Source: an uncultured Amphritea sp. (GTDB taxonomy: Bacteria; Pseudomonadota; Gammaproteobacteria; Pseudomonadales; Balneatricaceae). Taken from it: a stretch of DNA of 64,000 nt. Each line of letters begins with the position of its first letter. Positions within the stretch are counted from its first letter, which is position 1. Below, one piece after another: positions 1 through 10,256 of the stretch. The DNA is taken from positions 2,218,325 through 2,282,324 of the forward strand of contig OZ223297.1 in the NCBI GenBank assembly GCA_965140695.1, written 5' to 3'. The position numbers and the translations under genes were made by a program. The notes beneath the pieces were generated by a model. It searched no databases. It saw nothing but the letters and a program-made list of their open reading frames with translations, and was not told the DNA's origin.

Positions 1-339
1 CAGTTCAGCAACCCTTGTTTGCAGTGTTGATATTTCCTCCCGCATAACCTCCGCTTCGTTCAGCAGTTTAACCCGCTCATCTTTCAGTGCGCTGATCACC
101 CGCTGTGTCGGCGTCATATCTTCTTTGGGGATGGTTGGCGCAAGGTTGTTGAGGATATCGGCATCGGTCATGCTCGCATCCAGAGGAATCACGAGCTCAC
201 CAAATTGTTCAACTTTTTTGCGGTTTTCTGCCTGCTGAGCGCTGATGGTGGTGTAGATAAAATAACCAGATGCGGCAGCGACAATCAATGCTAGCGGCAC
301 GCCAATCAGCAATGCGAGTTTCAGCCTGCTTAACTGCAT
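1..339 (-). CDS. Hypothetical membrane-anchored protein, runs off the left edge
   Basis: Manual translation from ATG at 339: MQLSRLKLALLIGVPLALIVAAASGYFIYTTISAQQ..., an N-terminal hydrophobic helix; open to base 1; follows prc on the same strand. Confidence 0.65.
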   Translation of the reverse strand, partial: MQLSRLKLALLIGVPLALIVAAASGYFIYTTISAQQAENRKKVEQFGELVIPLDASMTDADILNNLAPTIPKEDMTPTQRVISALKDERVKLLNEAEVMREEISTLQTRVAEL

Positions 340-355
340 TCAATCCATCCTGTCA

Positions 356-2440
356 TCAGTTTTTGACGGCCATATAGTTATGGTTCAGTTCGATCATATC
401 CAGCAGCACATTACCTGTTTCGGTAAGAATGGCTTCTTGTTCCGGACTGATTGTTTTGCCCTGAGCGTCTTTTTCCAACAGGTCATCCAGTTCTGACAGG
501 GCCTTAATGGCGGGTTGGTGCTTGGCCGTGCGACGCTGATTCTCCTGGTCCAGCAACCACTGTTCAGAATCATCACGTTCAGCCTTAAGAGTGGCTTCAT
601 TTAATGACAGCTCTTTATCCTTCTTATTTTCATGCATCCGTTTGATCTGGGCGTTCATGAATAAGAAATCAGGGTTGAACTTTGTCCGTTCAGAGTGACG
701 GCTGTTGAGTTCTGGCAGAATCTTACTGAAGTTGAGATAGCGCTGATGTGGGACTTCATGCACCTTATCCCAGGGGAGTGCGCCTGTCAGAGAGCTCTCA
801 CCGATCTCTTCAGTGTCATACAGGGTTGGCATCATAATATCGGGCACAACCCCTTTATGCTGGGTGCTTTCTCCGGAGATACGGTAGAATTTAGCGTGTG
901 TCAGCTTAATCTGGCCGTGGTGCAGGGGCGAAAGCGTTTGTACTGTGCCTTTGCCAAAGGTGGGGCTGCCAACAATCAGTCCCCGCTGATAATCCTGAAT
1001 TGCTCCGGCGAATATCTCCGAGGCGGAAGCACTCAGACGGTTAACCAGTACGGCCATCGGACCACTGTAGGCAACCCGTGGATCGGCATCGCCCTGAATG
1101 TTGACTCTGCCCTGTGGGTCCCGGATCTGGACCGTCGGTCCACGGCTGATAAACAGGCCGACCAGTTCATTGGCTTCACGTAGTGAGCCGCCGCCATTGT
1201 TTCGCAGATCGATAATCAGGCCGTCGATACCTTTCTTTTTGAGACCCTCAATCAGTTTTGCTGTATCCCGTGTGGTGCTCTTATAGTTTTTGTCGCCGCG
1301 CTGCAGGGCTGCAAAGTCGATATAAAATGCAGGGATGCTGATCACGCCCAGCTTATAGGGTTTACCCTGGTGCTCAACCTCAATGATTTTGCTCTGTGCC
1401 GCTTGTTCTTCAAGCTTTACCTTATTGCGGGTGATCTTAATGATTTTCTGCTGGGTGCCATCGCCATCGGCCGGAATGATATTCAGGCGGACAACGCTGC
1501 CTTTTGGCCCCCGAATCAGCTCAACGACTTCATCAAGGCGCCAGCCGACCACATCTTCTATTTCGCCATCTTCGCCCTGACCGACACCCACGATCAGATC
1601 AGCCGGTTTAAGCTGACCCGCTTTATCGGCAGGCCCGGCAGGTACCAGGCGCACCACTTTGGTATTATCATTTTCACTCTGCAACACCGCACCAATGCCT
1701 TCCAGCGACAAGCTCATATTGATGTTGAAGTTCTCTGACAGACGGGGTGAAAAGTACTGGGTATGGGGGTCAAACTGCATTGTCAGCGCATTGGCAAAGC
1801 TCTGAAAAACATCTTCATTATTGGTTTGCAGCGCCCGGTTTAACTGACTCTTATAGCGTTTTGCCAGGATTTTCTTCGCTTCATCAAGCGGTTTGTCCGC
1901 CAGTTTCAGGCCGAGTAAGGCGCTTTTCAGACGTTTACGCCAAAAATCGTCCATCACCGCTTCACTGCCGGGCCATGCGCTCTCTTTACGGTCAGTGTTG
2001 ATGGTTTCATCACGATTGAAATCGACGCTGAAGCTGGGATCTTCCAGGGTTGCAATCAGCTTTTTCAGCCGTTCCTGAGTGCGCAGCTGGTAGCGGTTGA
2101 AAATCGCGTAGGCGGCTGTCAGATCGCCGCTGCTGATCTCATCATCGATCTGCGAACGGTATTGCTGAAATTCATCAATATCGGATTGATAAAAAAACGC
2201 TTTGGAAGGGTCGAGGTTGTCCAGATACTGGTCGAGCACTTTGCCCGACAGCTCATCATTCAGTACGATACTGTTGTAGTGATCTCTATTGAGTGATGTC
2301 ACAATATCAGTGATTGTCTGGCTGTGAATGGAGTCCGGCTGCAAAACAGTCTGTGTCAGTGCGCTTGCCGGCAGTGCGGTCATCAGGCCTAATACGAGAG
2401 AAGAGGCGGCGACCAATCGACGTAAGTTACGAGAGTACAT
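356..2440 (-). CDS. prc: Carboxy-terminal processing (tail-specific) protease, S41 family
   Basis: Signal peptide, PDZ region (GIGAVL), DLRNNGGG, SASASEIFAGAIQD and TFGKGTVQ motifs; likely start MYSRN at 2440 (ORF extends to 2491). Confidence 0.92.
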   Translation of the reverse strand: MYSRNLRRLVAASSLVLGLMTALPASALTQTVLQPDSIHSQTITDIVTSLNRDHYNSIVLNDELSGKVLDQYLDNLDPSKAFFYQSDIDEFQQYRSQIDDEISSGDLTAAYAIFNRYQLRTQERLKKLIATLEDPSFSVDFNRDETINTDRKESAWPGSEAVMDDFWRKRLKSALLGLKLADKPLDEAKKILAKRYKSQLNRALQTNNEDVFQSFANALTMQFDPHTQYFSPRLSENFNINMSLSLEGIGAVLQSENDNTKVVRLVPAGPADKAGQLKPADLIVGVGQGEDGEIEDVVGWRLDEVVELIRGPKGSVVRLNIIPADGDGTQQKIIKITRNKVKLEEQAAQSKIIEVEHQGKPYKLGVISIPAFYIDFAALQRGDKNYKSTTRDTAKLIEGLKKKGIDGLIIDLRNNGGGSLREANELVGLFISRGPTVQIRDPQGRVNIQGDADPRVAYSGPMAVLVNRLSASASEIFAGAIQDYQRGLIVGSPTFGKGTVQTLSPLHHGQIKLTHAKFYRISGESTQHKGVVPDIMMPTLYDTEEIGESSLTGALPWDKVHEVPHQRYLNFSKILPELNSRHSERTKFNPDFLFMNAQIKRMHENKKDKELSLNEATLKAERDDSEQWLLDQENQRRTAKHQPAIKALSELDDLLEKDAQGKTISPEQEAILTETGNVLLDMIELNHNYMAVKN

Positions 2441-2601
2441 CAAGCTGTTTGTTCCTGTTTTGCTACGACATATTGAATCTGAGACAGACAAATGACCAGC
2501 TTGGTTCCGTAACTCAGAAAATCTGAGTGTAGTCTTGTCGCGTGCTGATGTAAAATCAACGGCTTATCTCATATTTATTAATTGAAGCGGGTATACCTAT
2601 T

Positions 2602-3132
2602 GTGGTTATACGAGTTCTGGGCATTTTGGTTTTGTCGCTGTTAGTTACCATTACCAGCGGTTGTGGAGAAACAGAAGAGGAGAAACGGTTTCATCAGGAG
2701 CTGCTGGATAAAGCGCTTAATGATGATACTAAAAAAGAGGGCACACTGTTTTTGCAAAACAATGCCAAACGCGAAGGTGTCGTGGTGCTGGACTCTGGTC
2801 TGCAATACGAAGTTTTGCAGGCGGCAGACGGGCCCAGACCAGGTATACTCAATCGTGTTCGGGTAAGCTACACTGGCTGGACAGTGGACGGTGAACAGTT
2901 TGAAAGCTCAGCAGGTGCTGCTGAGAATCCTGTTTTTCCCATCAGGAATGTGATTAAAGGGTGGCGTGAAGCGCTGCTCAAAATGTCTCCGGGGGCGCGC
3001 TGGAAAATCTATCTGCCTTCCGAGCTAGGTTATGGTGCGCGAAGCCCCGGGGGCTTGGTGCCTGCGAATTCAGCACTGATTTTTGAAATAGAGTTGTTAG
3101 ACATCCTGCCTGAGGAAAAGGCTGACGAATAA
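2602..3132 (+). CDS. FKBP-type peptidyl-prolyl isomerase, lipoprotein-like N-terminus
   Basis: [33 protein letters not shown] and LIFEIELL motifs. Confidence 0.9.
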   Translation: MVIRVLGILVLSLLVTITSGCGETEEEKRFHQELLDKALNDDTKKEGTLFLQNNAKREGVVVLDSGLQYEVLQAADGPRPGILNRVRVSYTGWTVDGEQFESSAGAAENPVFPIRNVIKGWREALLKMSPGARWKIYLPSELGYGARSPGGLVPANSALIFEIELLDILPEEKADE

Positions 3133-4427
3133 TGCAAAAACAAGAATTTAATAAGAAACTGTTTGATTTTCTGGCGGCCTCGCCGACCCCGTTTCATGCG
3201 GTCTATGAGATGCGTGCACGGTTGCAGGAAGCTGGTTTTATTGAACTTGAAGAACATAATGCCTGGAATGTCCGGCCGGGGGGGCGTTATTTTATCGTCC
3301 GCAATGAGTCGTCCATTATTGCCTGGACTCTGGCCTCCAGTGCGAATCTTGCCGACACCGGTATCCGCATGGTGGGTGCTCATACCGACAGTCCTTGTCT
3401 GAAAGTAAAGCCGAATCCGGAAACCGTTAGTCAGGGCTGCCTGCGGCTTGGTGTTGAGGTGTATGGTGGAGCGCTGTTAAATCCCTGGTTTGACCGGGAT
3501 CTGTCGCTGGCTGGCCGCGTCAGCTATATCAGTACCGACGGCGGAATGCGCAGCGAGCTGATTAACTTTGAACGCCCGGTGGCGGTAATCCCGAGTCTGG
3601 CTATTCATCTCGACCGCGAAGCCAATCAGGGCCGTAACGTTAATCCACAAACCGAGCTGCCACCGGTGATGGCGCAACTGCAGGGGGATGGCAAAGCGGA
3701 ACTGCGTGATATCCTGAAAAAGGAACTATCGGCCAGGCATATTGATGATGTGGCTGAGATTCTGGATCACGAACTGTATTTCTATGATGTACAGAAGCCT
3801 TCCTATATCGGGCTTAATAATGAGTTTTTCGCATCGGCCCGGCTGGATAATCTGCTGAGCTGTTTTATCGGTATTGAGGCGCTGATCGAATCGAACTCAG
3901 ATGAAAATACGCTGCTGGTGTGTAACGACCATGAAGAGGTTGGGAGCATGAGTGCCGCTGGTGCGCAGGGGCCGATGCTGAAGCAGTTGCTGGAGCGTTT
4001 GGCTCCCGATCCCGAGGCCCGCAACCGGATGATCGCCAACTCGATGATGGTATCAGTAGACAATGCGCATGCAGTGCATCCTAATTTTGCCGATAAACAT
4101 GATGGTAATCATGGTCCACGGATGAATGCCGGTGCGGTGATTAAAATTAATGCCAATCAGCGTTACGCGTCCAATAGTGAAACGTCGTCGTTGTTCCGTC
4201 ACATAGCACAGCAGGAAAATGTAACGCTGCAATCCTTTGTAGTGCGCAGTGACATGGGGTGTGGCAGTACGATCGGCCCGATAACCGCAGCCAATCTCGG
4301 TGTGAAGACCGTTGATATCGGTGTACCGCAGTTAGCGATGCACTCGATACGTGAGCTGGCAGGCAGCGATGACCCGGTCGGGCTGGCTAAGGTGCTCAGC
4401 CGCTTCTATTGTCAGGATAAGGTGTAA
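3132..4427 (+). CDS. apeB: M18 family (aspartyl) aminopeptidase
   Basis: [38 protein letters not shown] and HSIRE motifs. Confidence 0.9.
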   Translation: MQKQEFNKKLFDFLAASPTPFHAVYEMRARLQEAGFIELEEHNAWNVRPGGRYFIVRNESSIIAWTLASSANLADTGIRMVGAHTDSPCLKVKPNPETVSQGCLRLGVEVYGGALLNPWFDRDLSLAGRVSYISTDGGMRSELINFERPVAVIPSLAIHLDREANQGRNVNPQTELPPVMAQLQGDGKAELRDILKKELSARHIDDVAEILDHELYFYDVQKPSYIGLNNEFFASARLDNLLSCFIGIEALIESNSDENTLLVCNDHEEVGSMSAAGAQGPMLKQLLERLAPDPEARNRMIANSMMVSVDNAHAVHPNFADKHDGNHGPRMNAGAVIKINANQRYASNSETSSLFRHIAQQENVTLQSFVVRSDMGCGSTIGPITAANLGVKTVDIGVPQLAMHSIRELAGSDDPVGLAKVLSRFYCQDKV

Positions 4428-4485
4428 GGCCGTAGCGTATCCGTCAGTCTCATTTCCGTTCTGTAACTGAGCAGACCTGATTGTT

Positions 4486-4519
4486 GTGGAGGCGATATGA
4501 GGTGTCATATCGCCTCCAC
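4486..4519. repeat. Perfect 15-bp stem hairpin downstream of apeB
   Basis: GTGGAGGCGATATGA-GGTG-TCATATCGCCTCCAC; no U-tract follows. Confidence 0.8.
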
Positions 4520-4551
4520 TCATGTTGGCTTCCGGAGCAGTCTGTTTTTGT

Positions 4552-4929
4552 CTCGTTCCCACGCTCCTGCGTGGGAATGCATATGCCAGGCAAGCTTTAG
4601 ATAACTTAGCTTTTAAATCTCGTTCCCACGCTCCTGCGTGGGAATGCATATGTCAGGCACACTTTGGATAACCTGGCTTTTTATAAAAAACACATAAAAT
4701 GATCAGGGTTATCCCTTCTGGCGGGAAGGCGTTCATCGATAGCTGACTCAAAGTGAGGATATGATGCGGCAAAAGATTATGCCGTAACAGCTGAATTCCT
4801 GAAGGTTTGCCGAGCGTGGTAATAAGGTAGGCATTCCCACGCAGGAGCGTGGGAACGAGTCGAATTCCTGAAGGTTTGTCGAGCGTGGTAATTAAGGTAT
4901 GCATTCCCACGCGGGAGCGTGGGAACGAG
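4552..4929. repeat. REP cluster, 4 copies: 4552-4583 and 4619-4650 (+), 4828-4859 and 4898-4929 (-)
   Basis: CTCGTTCCCACGCTCC(T/C)GCGTGGGAATGCATA palindromic unit; the same unit flanks the RAYT gene at 55.4-55.9 kb. Confidence 0.9.
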
Positions 4930-5095
4930 TAAACTACAGGCTTCAGGATTTTCATAATCGACCGGTGCGATTGTATCGGATGATGAGGGAAGACTGGGCA
5001 TTGCATGCCCTATAGGATCCCATCCCTCCCGTTCTCACATAATCTGAAATAGCCAATATTTCAGTTTTTCTTTGCCAGATCAGCCCCGACATAAC

Positions 5096-5992
5096 TTAAA
5101 TCGAAATTTTACTAACCTGATACAGCCCGCCGAGCACAATATATTCACTCTCACATCTGAATGCGCCGGGCAGCAGGTCGGGGAAGAACAGGATCTTACT
5201 GAAGGGCACCTGGCATTGCAGCAGGGTGTCGCCAAAGCTGTCGCACTGCTCCAGGCTGCTGCTGAAGGAGGTCAGGTTGTTAAGAATCACCGCTGAACGG
5301 GTTTTTGACCCCTGAAACAGGGTGTCGTATTCATCCAGCCGGTTAGTGGCGCGATAGAGTTTGTAATGTCGGCGGTCCGGGAAACGCCGGTGCAGTTCAT
5401 ACTGGCAATAGCTGTACAGCAGATCCAGCTGGCTTTCCAGACTGTTGGTGTTGTACAGACCGGCACTGCGTTCCTGAGTGTAGTTGAAGTAAATCTCTGA
5501 TTCGAAATCCCGAAGCGGGCCTTTGTGATTGCGGGCCAGTAAGCCAAAGCGGGACTCTACCCAGCCTTTCATCACGGCGGCTTCACGGCTGTCAGAATCA
5601 AATAGCCAGCCACGTAATAAGCGCCGGTAATCAGCCTTGTGGCGTGCTTTTTTGTTGTTTTTTCGAACCGCGTTTACTGCCACAGATGCCCGTTCAGTTT
5701 GTTGATAGCCCGCTTCTTCCGGGGCGGAAAGCAGAAACGATGCCTGCATATAGGTTTCAAACGCCATCGCTCTGTCAGCGGGCGCGTCAATCTTATCCAA
5801 ACGGTTAAACAGGGATTGATGAAAGGTTGCCACATTATCGAGAAAGATCGCTTCGGGATAGCGTTGAAATGTCAGGCTGCCCAAGATGATGGCAGGGTAA
5901 TTGCAATGGTTCACCGGCAGGCGTGCGTAAGCGGGCAGTGTCGGTTCACCAGGGGCTATATGATGGATCAGTTCTAAGGGGGAGTCTGCCAT
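5096..5992 (-). CDS. draT: NAD+-dinitrogen reductase ADP-ribosyltransferase
   Basis: ARLPVNHCNYP, RLLRGWLFDSDSREAAVMKGWVESRFGL, LDLLYSYCQYEL, LNNLTSFS and ESEYIVLGG motifs; start 5992 or 6010. Confidence 0.92.
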   Translation of the reverse strand: MADSPLELIHHIAPGEPTLPAYARLPVNHCNYPAIILGSLTFQRYPEAIFLDNVATFHQSLFNRLDKIDAPADRAMAFETYMQASFLLSAPEEAGYQQTERASVAVNAVRKNNKKARHKADYRRLLRGWLFDSDSREAAVMKGWVESRFGLLARNHKGPLRDFESEIYFNYTQERSAGLYNTNSLESQLDLLYSYCQYELHRRFPDRRHYKLYRATNRLDEYDTLFQGSKTRSAVILNNLTSFSSSLEQCDSFGDTLLQCQVPFSKILFFPDLLPGAFRCESEYIVLGGLYQVSKISI

Positions 5993-6079
5993 GCGTTGTA
6001 AAATCTTCATCGACACGTGTCGCACTATTATATGGGCGATGGTCACTTGCCGGGTGATCTGCGTCAATAAGGAGGGAAA

Positions 6080-7009
6080 ATGGTTTCACTCAATGAGCGT
6101 TATCAGGGCTGTCTACTCGGGCTGGCGGTGGGCGATGCGATCGGTACCACGCTGGAGTTTAAGCCTCCCGGTAGTTTTACGCCGATTGACGATATGCTCG
6201 GTGGCGGCCCGTTTTATCTGCAACCGGGGCAGTGGACCGACGATACCTCGATGGCGATCTGTCTGGCGGAGTCACTGCTTGAGTGCAACGGTTTTGATGC
6301 CGGAGATCAGATGCAGCGCTACACTCGCTGGTGGAAGGAGGGGCGACACAGCAGCACCGGACGCTGCTTTGATATTGGCGCCACGGTAGCGAATGCGCTG
6401 CATCTGTTTGAATCTTGTGGTGAACCCTTCAGTGGTGATGATCATCCGCTGTCTGCCGGTAATGGTTCATTGATGCGGCTGGCGCCGGTGGTGCTGTATT
6501 ACAGTGAACACCCGGGGCTGATGGACTTTGTTACAGACGCTTCCCGCACAACCCATGGGGCACCGGAGTGTATTGATGCCTGCTGTTATTTCGCAGCCAT
6601 CATTGCCCGCTGTATCCATGGTGCTAATAAAAATATGCTGATGTCATCTGCAGGCTATCTGCCGCAGAGCAAGAAGGTCAGGCTGATTGCAACCGAGGAG
6701 TTTCTGCAGAAACCGATTACCGAGATCCGCGGCAGTGGCTATGTGATCGATTGCCTTGAGGCGGCGCTGTGGTGTTTTTTCCATACCGAGAGTTTTGATG
6801 ATGCGGTTTTGATGGCGGCTAATCTGGGGGATGATGCCGACACCACGGCGGCAGTGTGTGGCCAGATCGCCGGAGCGTACTACGGAATCAACGGTATCAG
6901 AAGCTCCTGGCTTGATCTGCTGCATGAGAAAATATTTTTGCTGTCGCTGGCGGATCAGCTCTATCTGCAAACAAGCGAAGCCAGGCTGAGCGCTGAGCTG
7001 ATGAGTTAA
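6080..7009 (+). CDS. draG: ADP-ribosylglycohydrolase (dinitrogenase reductase activating)
   Basis: GLAVGDAIG, GQWTDDT, AGNGSLMRLAP and NLGDDADTTAA motifs; AGGAGG RBS; adjacent to draT. It could be a non-nif DraG-family paralogue. Confidence 0.8.
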   Translation: MVSLNERYQGCLLGLAVGDAIGTTLEFKPPGSFTPIDDMLGGGPFYLQPGQWTDDTSMAICLAESLLECNGFDAGDQMQRYTRWWKEGRHSSTGRCFDIGATVANALHLFESCGEPFSGDDHPLSAGNGSLMRLAPVVLYYSEHPGLMDFVTDASRTTHGAPECIDACCYFAAIIARCIHGANKNMLMSSAGYLPQSKKVRLIATEEFLQKPITEIRGSGYVIDCLEAALWCFFHTESFDDAVLMAANLGDDADTTAAVCGQIAGAYYGINGIRSSWLDLLHEKIFLLSLADQLYLQTSEARLSAELMS

Positions 7010-7043
7010 CCATTGATGACTGACGCTGAGTGACGAGAGTGAT

Positions 7044-7160
7044 TGTCATAAACACGACAAACCGGTGGTGTGCCGGATAGCTTTGTTGTTGTAGTGCATC
7101 TGACAAGGCAATGCAGATCAAGCAGTTAACTGCGTTTCTGTTGCTGGCGTAGGTTTTGCA
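7044..7160 (+). promoter_or_regulatory. NifA sites (7044-7059, 7090-7105) and sigma54 promoter (7145-7160)
   Basis: TGT-CATAAACACG-ACA, TGT-AGTGCATCTG-ACA; TGGCGTAGGTTTTGCA has GG-N10-GC. Confidence 0.8.
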
Positions 7161-7196
7161 GTCAGACAATGATCAACTCCTGACAGAAAGCGATCT

Positions 7197-8513
7197 ATGA
7201 AACCGAATTTAGACTGGTCTGACTACGAAAACGCGGGGCTGGGTGACGCCTACGCGGATATCCCCAAAACCGGCGGCAACTTTGCCAAAGCGGTGTCCGT
7301 GTGTATCAACAGCCTGGTGTGCCTCAGGCCAGTGACAAAAAGTGTTATGTGCCCCAGCTTTCGGGTGCGACAGGATGCTGCATTCTCACCCGGTGGCCGT
7401 AGTCGGCTGCTAAAACGGCTGCTGAATGATGAGATTACCGCTGCAGAGAAGCAGCAGTTAGATGAAGCGATGCGTGCCTGTGTCGGCTGTAAGGGGTGTA
7501 AACGGGAGTGCGAAAGTGGCCTGGATCTGGCGGCAATCCGCTCTGAATATCTGGCACAGCCTGACAATCGTAGTCGCTATCAACTGCGTGACCGGTTATT
7601 TGCCAACCTGCCGCTGTTACTCAGGTTCCCCAGTCTGCTGCGTGCAGGCGTTACTTTACGCAACCGCAGTCCGCTCATCAGAGGCTGGCTGGAACGCTAT
7701 CTCGGTATCAGCGCCAGAGTGGCGCTGCCCATGCCCAGTCGCCATCGGTTGACTGAGATGACGCCGGGCAACGTTGTTGAGATTAAAGAGAATACTGTCC
7801 TGATGCTGACAGACAGTTTGTCCAAAGGGTTTTCTCCCGAGATCTTTATCGCCGCCCAGGAGGTGATGGCCAGAGCCGGTTATGATGTGCGCTTTCTAGG
7901 CGCCCGGGGTGGTGTAATGGAAGGGCGTAGCTGGTTTTCATCGGGCAATATTGATCAGGCCCGCCAGCAGGCATCCCGGTTGCTGGATGAGCTCAGCCCG
8001 TATATTGCCAGTCATACGCCGATCATCGGTCTGGAACCCTCATCAGCACTGATGCTGCGGGATGAATACCTGCAGCTGGGTCTGAATGAAAACGCCACCG
8101 CGCTGGCGAAAAATGTTTACCTGTTTGAAGAGTTTATCGCCCGGGAGATCAGCGCCGGACGGTTCAACCTGCCACAGCGTACAACAATTGGGAAAAAGGT
8201 GTTGGTGCATGGTCATTGTCACCAGAAAGCGGTTGGTGCGATGAAGTCCGTGCGCAAAGTCCTGAAACTGATACCGGAGCTTGAGTTTGAGTTTATCGAT
8301 AGCAGTTGTTGCGGCGGTGGCGGTAGCTTTGCCTATGAAAAAGAGCATCAGCAGGATTCTGAAAAGATGTTTAATCTGGCGCTGCAATCGGTGCTGGCAG
8401 CCGAGCCGGACGCGCTGGTGGTCGCCAATGGTTTCTCCTGCCGCTCACAGATCCAGCACTATGCTGAGCGCAAGACACTGCATCTGGCTGAACTGTTACA
8501 GATGACGTTATAG
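7197..8513 (+). CDS. Fe-S oxidoreductase (GlpC-like, 4Fe-4S plus CCG domains)
   Basis: CVGCKGCKREC, LEPSSALMLRDEY, HGHCHQKA, SSCCGGGGSF and ANGFSCRSQI motifs. Confidence 0.85.
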   Translation: MKPNLDWSDYENAGLGDAYADIPKTGGNFAKAVSVCINSLVCLRPVTKSVMCPSFRVRQDAAFSPGGRSRLLKRLLNDEITAAEKQQLDEAMRACVGCKGCKRECESGLDLAAIRSEYLAQPDNRSRYQLRDRLFANLPLLLRFPSLLRAGVTLRNRSPLIRGWLERYLGISARVALPMPSRHRLTEMTPGNVVEIKENTVLMLTDSLSKGFSPEIFIAAQEVMARAGYDVRFLGARGGVMEGRSWFSSGNIDQARQQASRLLDELSPYIASHTPIIGLEPSSALMLRDEYLQLGLNENATALAKNVYLFEEFIAREISAGRFNLPQRTTIGKKVLVHGHCHQKAVGAMKSVRKVLKLIPELEFEFIDSSCCGGGGSFAYEKEHQQDSEKMFNLALQSVLAAEPDALVVANGFSCRSQIQHYAERKTLHLAELLQMTL

Positions 8514-8824
8514 TTGCGGACTTTATAACAGAGACCTCTATCACCCTAATCAGCACGTCTGGCAGGCCGTTAACAGGGCCATCACATACGACCAGATGTT
8601 GCTGATGTTAAACACAGTTTTTGTTTTGGATCGTTTTTCTTTAAGGCCGGCTTTGTTTAAGGCCGCGTTTCTCACCGGCGTCACCGCTGTTTTTCTGCGA
8701 TTCAAGTCAGTCCTCCTGAAGATATTGATGCTGTTACACCATCATATTTTTTCTCCTTCACAACATCCCCGGTTAAACCCGTTTGTTGAGCGCTCATCTC
8801 ACTGGTAGCACACCTTCCTGCTTA

Positions 8825-8927
8825 TGTAGTCTTTCTGACAAAGACTCAGTTTTGTTGTGTGTTGTCGTATGCTGTTTTTTATAACTGTCTGTTTATAAAG
8901 CGGTTCTTACTTGGAATGTAGTTTGCA
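8825..8927 (+). promoter_or_regulatory. NifA site (8825-8840) and sigma54 promoter (8912-8927) for nifV
   Basis: TGT-AGTCTTTCTG-ACA; TGGAATGTAGTTTGCA. Confidence 0.75.
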
Positions 8928-9008
8928 GTATCCCTATGCAATGAAGGCGAATTAACACATTTTCGCTTAGTACGCTCAGTCATACGATAAGGTCCAGTGA
9001 GGTTGCTG

Positions 9009-10175
9009 ATGTCTGCAAACAGAGTAGTGACAATCAACGATACAACGCTCCGTGACGGTGAGCAGACTGCCGGTGTTGCTTTCAATGCGGATGAAAAAAT
9101 TGCCATAGCGCAGGCGCTGCATCAGGCGGGTGTCCCGGAACTGGAGATTGGTATTCCGGCGATGGGCACCGCTGAATGTGAGGTGATCCGCTCGATTGCT
9201 GCGCTGCCTCAGCGTCCGCAGTTGATGGTCTGGTGTCGGATGTGTGACACCGATATTGCAGCGGCTAAAACGACCGGTGTCGATACCCTCAATCTTTCAA
9301 TCGCGGCGTCAGCACAACAGATTCGTTATAAGCTGGGTAAAACTCCAGAGTGGGTGTTGCAGCAGATCGATTACTACGTAAAAAGCGCGGTTGATCTGGG
9401 CTTCAGCGTCAGTGTTGGCTGTGAAGATTCCTCGCGGGCAGAACCTGATTTTCTGAAGACCATGTTTGAAGTGGCGGCCAACGCCGGTGCTAAACGGGTT
9501 CGCTATGCAGATACGCTGGGGTTGATGGAACCCTTCTCTCTGTTCAGCGTTATCAGCGATCTGCGGGCATCGACCGATCTGGAGATCGAGATGCATGCCC
9601 ATGATGATCTGGGTCTGGCGACCGCTAACTCGATGGCAGCGATCTGTGCCGGGGCCACCCATGTGAATACCACGGTGAATGGTCTGGGCGAACGGGCCGG
9701 TAATGCCGCCCTGGAAGAGGTGGTTATCGGCCTGTCGCAGCTTTATGGCATCGATTGTGGTGTTGACTTCACCCGTCTGCCAGGCCTTTCAACCATGGTT
9801 GAGCAGGCATCCGGACGGCTGGTTCACTGTCAGAAAAGTGTGGTTGGCAGTCATGTCTTTACCCATGAGTCCGGCATTCATACCGATGGCTTGTTAAAAG
9901 ATCAGCGCAACTATCAGGGGCTTGACCCGCTTAAGCTGGGTCGCTCACATCAGTTGGTTTTGGGTAAACATTCCGGGGTTAACACGGTTAAACATGTCTA
10001 TCAGGAGCTGGGAATATCACTCAGCCGGGAACAGGCCGGGATTCTTCTGGCCGAGATCCGTCAGCGGGTCACCCTGAATAAACAAAGTCTCTCTCCGATA
10101 GAACTGATCCGCCTTAGTGAAGAACTTTTACCGGTTGCGGGGGAGATCTATGCACCATCTATTGTGGCACTTTGA
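9009..10175 (+). CDS. nifV: Homocitrate synthase
   Basis: INDTTLRDGEQTAGVAF, EMHAHDDLGLATAN, GLGERAGNA and HESGIH motifs; nif context. Confidence 0.93.
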   Translation: MSANRVVTINDTTLRDGEQTAGVAFNADEKIAIAQALHQAGVPELEIGIPAMGTAECEVIRSIAALPQRPQLMVWCRMCDTDIAAAKTTGVDTLNLSIAASAQQIRYKLGKTPEWVLQQIDYYVKSAVDLGFSVSVGCEDSSRAEPDFLKTMFEVAANAGAKRVRYADTLGLMEPFSLFSVISDLRASTDLEIEMHAHDDLGLATANSMAAICAGATHVNTTVNGLGERAGNAALEEVVIGLSQLYGIDCGVDFTRLPGLSTMVEQASGRLVHCQKSVVGSHVFTHESGIHTDGLLKDQRNYQGLDPLKLGRSHQLVLGKHSGVNTVKHVYQELGISLSREQAGILLAEIRQRVTLNKQSLSPIELIRLSEELLPVAGEIYAPSIVAL

Positions 10176-10256
10176 ACCCGCGCTCAATTCTGGCACGCAG
10201 TGCGCTGTAGTTTCAGATGTAGTGGTGACTACAGTGGTTAATGCAGGGGGACGCGG

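Noticed and set aside
4552-4929. CRISPR array (32-nt palindromic repeats with about 35-nt spacers)
   Set aside because: Only two repeats per orientation, spacers are near-duplicates, the repeat is dispersed around a RAYT gene, and there are no cas genes
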